From Basidiobolus meristosporus CBS 931.73 (taxonomy: Eukaryota > Fungi > Basidiobolomycota), in contig MCFE01000558.1 in assembly GCA_002104905.1 (NCBI GenBank), positions 1 through 58,029 on the forward strand: a stretch of 58,029 bases of DNA. The letters are read 5' to 3'. The translations under genes were made by a program, and so were the position numbers. Of this stretch, positions 23,970 through 35,400 are shown piece after piece (position 1 is the stretch's first letter; each line of letters begins with the position of its first letter). The notes under the pieces were generated by a model. The model worked only from the letters and a program-made list of their open reading frames with translations. It did not search any database and had not been told where the DNA came from.

Positions 23970-25364
23970 ATGACTTCCTCGACACCCACACGGAAGCGTC
24001 CGGCTGATATATTGGGCTCTGTCTCCCCTCCCCCCAAAAAGTTTAGCTTCTTTGGTTCTTTGTTTGGAAGAGCGTCCCAAGAATTTACCACCTTATGCTC
24101 GTCCCTATCTAGCATGCTCTATGTCTCTTCGGTAGGTGTATACGATATCTTTATGTGTTGACTGTATGTCTGATGGTGGACTACATAGGCTCCAGTCGCC
24201 CAGAGCACCCCTTCGAAACGTGTTGGTCACTCCGAGGCTCGCAGCAAACAACGCAAGAATCGGTCTTTGAAGAGCTCGAGAAAAATTGCTACTCCTGTTT
24301 CTAAAACTAGAAAGCGCCTACCACGTTCACATCATTCTTCACTTCAATCCAGTCCCGAACCTTCTTCGTCGAAGAATAGCTCCCCTAAAGGTATTTTGCA
24401 AGCATTTTGAGCTGTCCAGATTGTTAAATATCGTACTGATTCAACCTCTCGAAGAAATCATCCAAGATAAGTATCTAGCCGAGCTGCTATCCGATGATAA
24501 ATGTACCCCTCCTGGCGACCTCCCACCCGGTAGCACCACACCTCAATACTCTCCGAAATACACCACCGAGCCAGTTGTGGTCATCCCCGTCAGAGCTGAC
24601 ACCTCCCGTGCAGGCTCTCGCAAAAGAAGGCGTGTGCGTGAACCGTCCCCTGTGGTTGATTTCGATGAGATTCCCGCCTTGATCGATAACGACACAGCAT
24701 CAAATACGACCGATGATATCCATATCTATCAAAGTCCTCTTGCGTTGAGGAATTCTCTAAATAGACATGGATCACTCAGCCCTCCCTTGGGCTTGGATTT
24801 GTCTTTCTACTCCCCGCCAGCCAAAGATCTTTCGGTCGAATCGCCAGATTGGGTGAAGCGAAGAAGAGTAAATCAACTTCATAACAGCGAGATGCTATAC
24901 ACTCCAAGTAAAGCCGGAAAGATAGCCAAGCTGGAAGAGGAATTGCAGGCATTGAAGGATCAGGTACATCTCTAGCTTTTGATTCGGAGAGGGGCTACTG
25001 CTAACAGATTCGAGTATTTAGGTTGCGTCCTTGCGACAGGTGCTGGAAGAGAAAGCCAGTGGGCTAACGAATTCAACGGGTCCTCGTCGTCTGCCTCTTC
25101 AGTAACATTTGGGTGTGCACCACCTCCACCACCTCCGCCACCACCACCAGCCTTTTTGCTCGGCCCTAACCCATTGACCATTAAACTGAAAACATCTGAT
25201 GGGAACTTGAAACAGGTATTGTAGTCGTCGGTCATCTGATTACTGGTCCTTGTACTGAGCAATACTACTAGGCGAGTCCATCCGAGAAGCTCCACAATGA
25301 CCATATGGCGTTGTTGTTGCAGGAGATGCGCACTGTGAAACTACGCAAGACAGGTCGGTTGTAG
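23970..25364 (+). CDS. Proline-rich protein with a coiled coil and C-terminal MRTVKLRKT motif (MTFR1/Mito_fiss_reg-like architecture), multi-exon
   Basis: Spliced reading: basic/Ser-rich N-terminus, KIAKLEEELQALKDQ, a poly-Pro tract and MALLLQEMRTVKLRKT. Both ends are tentative. Confidence 0.5.
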
Positions 25365-25742
25365 AGAGGGTCTATTCGGTATATATCCCATTCTTTCGGA
25401 TCCAAGTAAGAAAACTTGTGGACTTTCTTGTTGAACGAGGAGAGGAGAACATGGAGTTTTTTCACTTGGTTCATGTACAGTTTTGAAATAATACAACAAC
25501 ATCCAATCATTACTCGTTTTGCTATCAGTACATCTTTTTCCACCGGGCTTCCTTCTTCCTCCTCCTCCTCCCTCTCCTATATTTATTCGCTTGTTCCTCG
25601 TTGACGTTGGTTAGATCTCAATAAATCGTTCGGATTAGTATCTTGCATGCCGAATTAAGTTGTATGTGTGATTTATTAGTTAATGCAAAGTGTATGTTGG
25701 ATCGGTTTGTGCCACCAAACTGGCTCTATAAAGATTCTAGCA

Positions 25743-26300
25743 CTACTTGCTTGCCGGCTTGCTGGCGGATGCTGGTGCGGTGCCAGTCAAAGGTTTGACT
25801 GAGGAGCCGGGCGCACTACCGGTAAGGGGCTTAACGCTGGAGCCCTTAGTGTTGCTGGTGGGTTTGGTACCTGTGGCAGGCTTGTTGCCAAAAGCAGGCT
25901 GTCCTGTGAAAGCCTTTCCTTTGCTGTCACCGGTACCACACTGACGATAACCGGCCTTCATGGCTTCAGCCATTGTGGTGAAGCATACCTGATTGTTCGG
26001 GTTGATGTTGATAGAGCTGGCGGTTTTGGTGCTGAAATGGGAGCATTGCGGAGTATGCAAAATCTTGGAGTTTTTGTTACCTGGTTTCAAAAGAATTCTG
26101 CTTTAGACAGGATGTCTTTGACCTGACCTCTAGAAAGTCCACTTACCACAGAAAGCGCATTGTAAAGAACAGCACGGACAAGCACCTGCGTTGGCAATCG
26201 AGGTAGGAGCCTTGAAGCTGTTGGTGGGCTTAGTGCCGGGTTTCTGGGCGGTGAGGGTTGGAACTGGTGCGGTGGTATTTGGCTTCGGTTGAGCGCTCAT
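25743..26300 (-). CDS. Small protein with an Ada-like metal-binding domain in low-complexity P/T/K/G flanks, one predicted intron
   Basis: ATG at 26300; a GT-AG splice joins FC|GNKNSKILHTPQC..INPNNQVCFTTMAEAMKAGYRQC. The tail has GSSVKPLTG(S/T)AP twice. Confidence 0.55.
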
Positions 26301-26777
26301 GTTGTGACAAATCCAATGGGAAGAAGTCTGGGCTCTAGATAGTTATCTAAAAAATTTGCACCCTTGGTATCATAGAGGCCTCTACCCCACATGTTTATTT
26401 TGTTGTTCGATAAATGGAAACAAGATACCATTGTCGGGTGGCAAATTACCGGCGTATTAGGAACTTTACCCTTATTCACATCAGCATCAATCAATCAATG
26501 ATCACGGTCGATCAAAAACATGCCAATCGATCGGTGATGTCATGATGATTCTTGTCCTACGAGACCAATCAATAAGATACAGTGCGATGTCACCAGGCTT
26601 GGTTCCACGCATTGCCGGCATCTTATCTGCTGTAGATCCGCCAGAGAGTGACTTGCCTGTTCTGTGGATGCATGATGATGATGCAAATCACTCTTTATTT
26701 ATCTGGAGGGTGCAGTGTATGGTGTGAGGTGTGAAGGGTATCATTCATGGGTACTGATGCCACACTGAATGAGAGGC

Positions 26778-29700
26778 TCAGGAGTAGCAATACCTAGCTG
26801 GGTTGCTGGCCCTTCTTTCCAGCTGGGAGTTGTTGGGTTCTACAGGTGTTGGCGTGGGTACTGCCTCCTTCGTATACTTGATACTGAAAACACATTGATA
26901 GTCCATGAAGGTGTTTGCCACACAATGGATGGCGTTCGAGTCAACATTAAGCTTGCGCAGATTACGACAGGGAATGACTTGCTCTAGGTTTCCTGTGTCA
27001 ACATGGCGGACCTCGATGAATGTGGGATCGAAGGCAAGGACGTAGGGGTATTGGAGAGCTAAGCGTTGGGAATCCTTAGGGCCGAGAAACAAATCACTAA
27101 GGGATAGACAGCTACTTACCAAACGAAGCAGGGTTTCCTTCCCAATTGACCAGCCAGCTTGGTCTCGCTCTTCGTCCGTTTTTGTTCACATAAAATGCGA
27201 ATTCTATCCAAGTTAGCACATCCATCTGTATGCGGGACATATAAATCTCCATCGCTCACCATCGTAGCACAAAATAAAGTCACCATCTTTGAGTCTAAAG
27301 ATATCAATCGGGCGGGCATTCTCTTTCTTCGTGACAAAATTCAGATTCTCATCGAACGGATCCAACAGGCCTGCAAATAGAGTTCAGCTATCGTTGTTAA
27401 ATTGGAAGGTTCTTGCATACTGACACTGGGTACTGAGCGTGGCAAGATCAACCACTTCGAACCCTTTAGCGCATCCTACACAAAGCTTGGACTTCAGGAA
27501 ATGAACCGATGATGACTCTGTGGGGATGTAGAATTCCTTATAGATTTTCATCCCATCAATGCCGTTTCTAATGAGCAGCCTGCCGAGAGAGTTCTTCTTC
27601 GGCTTTACGGATGCCTGAATGGGCTCGTATGTTTTGACGGTTGAGGAGAATGCTGTGGATTTAACGGCACAAACCAGCGTTCTTCCTACGCAAACGCCCA
27701 CCTCAAAGAAGCTGACATGGGATGTGACCTTGCGGGCTCGCTTGACGCCCACCATCTCGCTTGATTCCAGCACCTCGAGAGGATACGAGACGAGCATCTT
27801 GTCTAATGGGGAATGTTAGTGTGCGCAAGGCTTTCAGGGATCTTTGCAGCAGCTGCCTTACCGGACAAAACCAACAACAAGTTGAAGTCTTCGAGAATCG
27901 CGATCTGGGAGACTTTCTCTATATCGATCACCTTTCTGAACCTCTGCTTGATACCGTTCGCTCCAACATAGATCCCATCCTCTGCGCCAATGGCCACCTT
28001 CTGGCCATATGAGTATGTTGTTGAGCAGGTAATCTTGTATGTTACTCCAAAGGTGGAGCTGTCCGAGAGTTGACTCATCTCGAAAATGCTGGTCTTGCGA
28101 GTGATCAAATCCCTCTGCTGCTCGATCTTCTCCTCCCATTCTTTTCGATCCGCCTGATTGGCAGCATAGAGGGTTAGTGACATCCCGTTGCGGCCAAGGT
28201 GAGTGATCACCAGGGGATAGCCTCCTTTATTGAGATCCGGCATGTACTTGGGCGTTGCTATGGCGCTGGTGCTTTTTCCTAGGAAGCTAGAGCTGGACCG
28301 GCGAGTGGCCGACTTCTGAACCGACTCGTCGCGAGAAGAGAACGACAGCAGCTCAAGTGGAATCGGCTAATCCAAAGATAGTTATACATCGAGCCGTTCC
28401 CATAGACGGGTGTGAGCTTACCTTTTTGTGGACTCGGTACTCATACCGGTCCCCATCACGGGTCTTCTTCTTTTTGGTAAGAAGGAGCATATGGTCGAAG
28501 AGAAACATGGTCAACTCCACTTGCTCAACGCCTGACTTCTTTTTGATGACTCCATCGCGAATAAGCTGGCGTGACTCGTCCAACAGTCTTAAATCCTAAG
28601 GTTGTGTGGTAGCGGTTGTGAGCATGTGGCCCCCTTGAACCGAAGTGAATGCCAGCATCTACCTTACTCTCGCCATCCTTGCACACCAGCGTGTCGTTGA
28701 GCTTTGTGAGTCGTAGCCGATTATCGGCTTTCCCGCTCTCGGCGTTTATCTGGGAGAGACATTCCTTGATAACACTTATAGCAGCCGTGAGATTCTCGAT
28801 GTCTGCGTGGCCTTCTGGAGAGCTCTTGATTACCCCTTCGAGCAGCAAGGGATATCGACCGAGACGAGTGGTTGGCCGAGCAAGAAAGCTGTGGATTGGT
28901 AGTTTGCGTAGCTCAGGAAGCCTTTCGCGCTCCTACAATCCAATCAATATTACAATCAGGAACTGCATGGAGAAGGCCGCGGAAGAAAGAAGTTACCTCC
29001 AGAAATTTCGCCAACTTGGGATTGCGTTTGACTTCAACCTCCAACCGATGCTTCGAATAGACCTGGTGTCCACCGTAAATCACAAACGGCTTCAGACTCT
29101 TCACATGGTTCAGGAAGATGTCGCCGATCTGATCAATGACAGGTTGTTCATCTTGTCTGTCGCCCAGGGCACGGCCCAGCTTCGCGCTGACATTATGGAT
29201 CTCGTTGATGTTGTAGAAGACATCGCGGACAAATGGCTCTCTTGCGAACGGCTCAATGTATGGGCCGTATCTGAGAGGGGTGATATAAAGCTACATCTCG
29301 AGGATTAATCCACCTGGCAGCCTCGTCATCTTGGATAAACAGAAATACCTCTTTCAGCAGCTCCAGATCATTGACGAAGTCCTTCTCGGTGTAGATCAAC
29401 TCGAAAATGATCTCCTGTCGCTTTCGCTCTGATTTCGACAGCGAGTCCGATATCTCTTTCGGAACGGATTCGATCCACAGTTCCTGGCGTTTCTGAGCGT
29501 CGATATTGTCAGACCTCTACACTGGATGATCAATGAGACTGGTGCAAATGGGTACCTGCTTCTCCTGAGTGGATGTTCTACTGTCAGATCTTTCTAGCGA
29601 TGCGTTGCTCAATATGCTCATCCTCGCCTGCTGCTCCATGCGTTGCGGACAGAAGCTACAATAGCATAGTTTGTTCGGAGAGCAAGTTGGGGAATAGCAG

Positions 29701-30963
29701 CCAGTGAGCTGCGTGAACACCCCACTAACCTCCTGCTTGTCATGAGGTGTCGAGCTGTTCGTGCGCACGGAAGCGTTGTCGTCGAACGCACCGGCGGACT
29801 CGCGGAATACATAGAGCTCATCTGGGCTATCTCGAAGCCGGTGCTCATACGTCACATCATGGAAGAGTTTCTGGCTATCCAACGCACGTCCTACCTTAAA
29901 AGCCATTCCACGATCTTTCGTAGGTATAACCTTGCAGAGAGTATCCTACATGGGGCAAGAGCACGCATGAGACATGGTCGTTTTGCTATCAAAAAGGTTG
30001 GTTGGTTGAGTGGATATCATACAATTGCCTCTTGGCCCGTGAAAGAGTCCTTGTACTCCAAGGAATCCTTGACATGGTTTTTGAGCGAGATGTGTTCTCG
30101 GAATGCTTCCGCGATCGAGGAAAGAAGCGCTGAAGTGCCAATCGTGCTGTAGCTCTTGACAGAACGGAGCGAATTTGATAGGCTGGGGACCCGAGATAGG
30201 CCCACGTCAGAGTTGCTTCTAAAATGAAACTGGCTATTCTTCGGCGGAGAGCTGGTAACTGCAGCAGAGTTTACTGGTTAAATTTTCTGAGGGCAGACTG
30301 TGGCTTTGTATTGGAAATACCTCTTTTTTCGCGAAGTGTCTGCCTTCTGGTAACCCCCGAGGCAGAAGGTGAAGACTGAGCCGTTTCAGGTGTGGCCTGT
30401 TCCTTGGTGGATTGTGAAGGGTTTGAAGTGGTACCGAGAAAGGCAGATTTTCTAACAAAATAATCTCCCTGCAGTATAGAGTTTGGAGAGTCTACAACTT
30501 GTGCTGAAAACTCCTCGTCTATAGGAGAATCAAGCACTCTGGAAACATCGTACTGAGAGCCGGATGCGCGGTAAGCCCCGTAGCTTGAGGTCTCTCTCGA
30601 AACAGAGCCACTCCTACTTCGACCTGGCCCCTGTCGTCCACCTTGCGTCGAAGAGGTTTCCTCTGGCCTTGTTGAGGATCTAACAACAGCTTGTATTTGA
30701 GGAGCCTCCTCTTGGGGAGAGGGGAGATGCATTGGGTAATGCTTTGAACTATATACACTGACTCTAGATTGATTGCTAAAAGCATTATATCTGGAGATAG
30801 AAGTGTCACTGAACGAAGAGAATGATATAGAGGACGCAGTGGAGCGATGCCCTCGACGGTTGAGATATACACTTTGCTGAGATAAATATGAATTGCGGGA
30901 GTTCAATGCGTTGGTGGATCCATTCATTGGCTGGCTAAAAGGTCTTCGGGACTCATTTAGCAT
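26778..30963 (-). CDS. ROM2: Rho1 guanine nucleotide exchange factor (DEP-DH-PH-CNH), Rom1/Rom2-like
   Basis: HVKDSLEYKDSFTGQEA and ALDSQKLFHDVTYEHRLRDS (DEP), RKRQEIIFELIYTEKDF and LLLEGVIK (DH), LFDHMLLLTKKK (PH), and CNH segments LKSKLCVGCAKGFEVVDL and PYVLAFDPTFIEVRH. Confidence 0.93.
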
Positions 30964-31337
30964 GATGGGAGAGAAGTAAATAGTGTGAAGGTAATAAGAA
31001 GGGAATTAATGTTGAGCCATTTGTACAGAGAGATTTTGGGACCAGTCTTGCTATAATTGCTGATATTCAAATCTTATTCGCGATACGATAACGATTTCTT
31101 TGACTACGATATATCAACGTAACAAACTTTGATCGGCGTAATCGATCAACAAGGATTATTTCCGCATTCTACCATGACACATTTGTGAGCAATGATTAAT
31201 TGATTTTACTGGTAAGCATTCTCTTCATTGATTGATTTTATTAGTGTACATTTTGTTAGCATAAGCGATAATAGATGTTGTGATGGTATTGTTGGCTATT
31301 GTGCTATTAATACATGCACCGAATCAATGAGGCATTG

Positions 31338-32036
31338 TTAGAGAGCGCAGGCACCGTCCGAACAGGTTTGCCCGGTTCGGGAAGCTTCCCCGGATGCTTT
31401 TCCGATGGCCTTCTTGAAGGCGCTGAGGAATTCTGAGGAATCCTGAGCGCCTGAAAGCCGGTACTCTTGATTGATTGTGAAATAAGGAACCCCATTGATA
31501 TACTTGCGGTGCTCCTGTATTTCACTCCGAACCTCATCGTCGCCATCACCTGACAAGAGGTATCTCTGGAACTCTTCTTTGTCTAACCCGATCTCTCCGG
31601 CAATCCCAACCAGTATTGTTGGGTCGGCTAGGTTCTTGCCCTGTTCGAAATACGCCTTGAAGATAGCCTCAACCGCGTCATTTTGCTTCCCTCTGGCCTG
31701 GGCGAAATAGATTAGGCGGTGGGAGTCCAATGTGTTGCCCAGAGTGCCGTCCTGGACAAAATTGATGCCCTCGCCCTCCCCAACTTGCCTTAATCTTGCT
31801 TCCATCCTTTCGAAATTATCTTTTCCAAACCTAGAATGGTAGTAGCTTCTTTTGTCTACTGCTGCTTCCTGATGTGGGTTCAGTTGATATGGATGCCAGC
31901 GCACTTCCACCTGAACCTCAGGGTCATTCTCTCGTATCTGAGCAATAGCTTTGTCCAGTTTGCGTTTGCCAACGAAACACCAAGGGCACACGTTGTCCGA
32001 CACAACATCGATCTCGAGAAGTTTTGATGGAGCCAT
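31338..32036 (-). CDS. DsbA-family FrnE-like thiol-disulfide oxidoreductase, intronless
   Basis: IDVVSDNVCPWCFVGKRKL, WHPYQLNP, NTLDSHRLI, INGVPYF..LSGAQ, C-terminal CSDGAC. ATG at 32036. Confidence 0.9.
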   Translation of the reverse strand: MAPSKLLEIDVVSDNVCPWCFVGKRKLDKAIAQIRENDPEVQVEVRWHPYQLNPHQEAAVDKRSYYHSRFGKDNFERMEARLRQVGEGEGINFVQDGTLGNTLDSHRLIYFAQARGKQNDAVEAIFKAYFEQGKNLADPTILVGIAGEIGLDKEEFQRYLLSGDGDDEVRSEIQEHRKYINGVPYFTINQEYRLSGAQDSSEFLSAFKKAIGKASGEASRTGQTCSDGACAL

Positions 32037-32405
32037 GCTGCGCTTTGGTATGCCAAGTAGAAGTCCCGAGTTCGTACTCGATTGAAATCCACCATCCACA
32101 CATTTGTGTATTTATATCGTTTCTTGATCCACGAATTTCGATTTGATTTGTAAGCGTGACAATTACTCAATAGCGATGGATATTGGACAATATTATATTG
32201 GTATCGCTAATTGGCTTTGTGGGATGGATAGATGTGCTTAATGTAGTGGGAGGTTGTGTATCTTAATGCTGGATTTCAATGCTTGATTAAATGCTGCGAT
32301 CGTTGGCAAGCGAAATTGCGGAGCATGTACTGACTAGTCAGTCATCGACTTCAACAGCCTCACAACTGTTTCTTTTCTACGTGGTGTCTGCCATACTAAT
32401 AGATA

Positions 32406-35400
32406 ATGACTCTGATATCTTCAACCTTATTTTTTAGTACCTCAGAATTACTTGCTTCTCATTTTACACAAGAGGTTACTGCGGCTAGCAAAGGCAAGGG
32501 GAAAGGGAAAAGAAGAGAATCGACTACGGCACCTGAGGCAAATGAAAGCACCGAGGGGCCATTTGTTTGCGATTTTGAAAATACCTATTCAGAGTGGAGA
32601 GAGAAGATTCAAGATTATCAGCGTCTGGTGGAGGAATATAAAAGGTAATTTGTCCATTCTTGGTTTTTGTCAGCCTGTATTAACAGACAACTTAACATCT
32701 TTGCATTTTTTGGCAAAGTGAGCTAGGTATGTCGGTATTTGCTGAAAATATCAACGTGCCAATTGTCTAATCTTCGAGTCATGTTTTCGAAGCAGACCAG
32801 CACAATTCAACAGAACCACCGGAGTATGGGTGTGATATCGAGTTCTCTCCAACTCCTCAGTTTCCTTCTTTTCAAACATTTGAAGAAACTGCTGATGAGC
32901 TCACGTTACTTCCCAAAGCACGGACCGAATCGCCTGGTTTAACACAAAGCCGGCACACTTCAGAGAAAGCCACAGAGCTGCCGACAATCTATGATAGAGG
33001 TTGGCTACTAGAGTAAGTTCTATCCTTGCCATTTGTTTTTCCTATTTATCCCAGCATATTCTTATCGGAAACTCAAGTACTTGTCGGGAGCATTTGTTAC
33101 GGCAAAATGGCCACACTGAGCCGGAGACTACTGCCTTGTTTTGTGAAGATCTGGTAACCGTATTAAATTCGCAAGATAACGGTAGGATCCATAGTAGCTC
33201 TTGACGTTTAAGCAAATCGATGATAATCCCGGTTCGTTCAATGGCTAGATGAGCAAATTCAAGCCTCTTTAGTGGATCTTCTTGGGTTCGAGAGTTTCGA
33301 CCTGATCACTACGTTGATCACAAACCGCCAGCAGATCACCTCCAACATCGGCGCAGTCGTGATTCACCAAGCCAAGGTATTTCCTGGCAGCAACACCAAC
33401 TCGGAACATATCAAGTTTTCTCACCTTGCACACTAGGCAGCTCCTAATGAACCACCTCCAGAGTGGCGGCCCAGCTATGGCACTCAATTTACAGTCCAAT
33501 CAGAAGCAGAGAAACTAGAGCAGAAACAGCTTAGGAAAGAGAGGAAAAAGGCCGCTGGACTAGCGGTGAAAGATGGTAATTTGCTTATTGATGCTCAGCC
33601 CCTACCAAGATGAATGATCTTTACGAAGTGTCCCAAGATTATCAAGATTTCGACACCCAGGAATTACGAAGATTACGCGAGGAATCCTTGAATATGGCAG
33701 CTTCTACCGATCCATTTGCCAACTTGAGAAAGGCAAGTCATTTCCACTTTCCTTGAATATCACGAAGTTAACATAGATATGGCCGTTTTAGTCTACGAAT
33801 GCCGCAGAGAAATATCCACACGTATATCAATCTGGGCCGAGTGGAAATACACTCTCACTCTTTGGGACTCGGTTTGCTTTGCCGCAAGGCACCATTCGAG
33901 AGGATTTCACTGTAAATTGCATTTATTTTGAATTTGCTGCTATCAGTCATTGACTTGAGCGGTTGCTCATTTGTAGAATTACGAGGAGATCACCATTCCC
34001 ATCGCTAAGGTTGCACCACCGCGTGTTGGAGAAAAGCCAGTGGCTATTTCCTCTATGGACATACTATGTCAAAACTCATTTAAGGTGATTTGTCGCATTT
34101 CATGGGCCATTTTCGCAACGCATCTAACTGTCTTTATATAGGGATACACATCACTAAATAGAGTGCAGTCTATTGTCTACCCAATTGCCTACAAGACCAA
34201 CGAAAATATGTTAATTTGTGCACCAACCGGTGCGGTAAGTGGAGATTTATCCTAGGTTATTGTATGGATCTGAGTATATTAATATGTACCATCAAGGGCA
34301 AAACCGAAATTGCCATGCTATCTGTTTTGCGTACCTTATCACTCTACTGTACGCCTGCGCCAGGTGAAGCTGTGGAGGGAGAAAGGTTAAGCATAGCCAA
34401 GAGAGATTTCAAGATAGTCTACGTGGCTCCCATGAAAGCGCTTGCTGCGGAAATTGTCCGAAAAATTGGCAGTCGCCTCAAGTGGCTTGATATTCAAGTG
34501 AGAGAACTGACGGGTGATATGCAGCTCACTAAATCCGAGATCCTAAATACCCAGATTATCGTGACCACGCCTGAAAAATGGGATGTTGTCACCAGAAAAA
34601 GCACTGGCGATGTCGAATTGGCTCAAAAAGTCCGGTTACTTATTATCGATGAGGTTCATCTACTGCACGATGACAGAGGTTCTGTAATCGAGAGTATTGT
34701 TGCTAGGACGCTTCGCCAGGTGGAGTCCAGTCAGAGCATGATCCGTATTGTTGGTCTATCCGCTACTCTGCCAAACTATATAGATGTGGCGTCCTTTTTG
34801 AGGGTGGACCCTTATCAAGGCCTGTTCTTCTTTGATAGTGGCTTCAGACCAGTTCCATTGGAGCAACACTTTTTGGGAGTCAAAGGTAAAACAGGCAGTT
34901 TGACGGCCAAGATGAATCTAGACAAAGCTTGTTTCGATAAGTGCCATGACCTTATTCGAAATGACCATCAAATCATGGTGTTTGTACATGCACGTAAAGA
35001 AACGGTCAAAACTGCCCAGATGCTTAGTGACATGGCGCTATCGGAAGGCATTACGGAGCTATTTGATTGCTCCGACCACCCACGTTACGAGCTTGCCAAG
35101 CGGGAGGTGGCGAAATCCCGGAATAGAGAGCTCAAAGAGTTGTTTAACAAAGGGTTTGCCATGCACCATGCTGGAATGCTCAGGTCCGACAGAAACCTGG
35201 TGGAGCGGTTGTTTGCCGACGGGCTAGTGAAGGTTCTTTGCTGTACTGCTACGTTGGCCTGGGGTGTCAATTTACCGGCTTATGCTGTCATTATCAAAGG
35301 AACGCAGGTGTATGACGCACAAAAGGGTAGCTTTGTAGACCTTTCGATTCTTGATGTTCTGCAGATCTTTGGTAGAGCTGGTCGACCTCAATACGAATCC

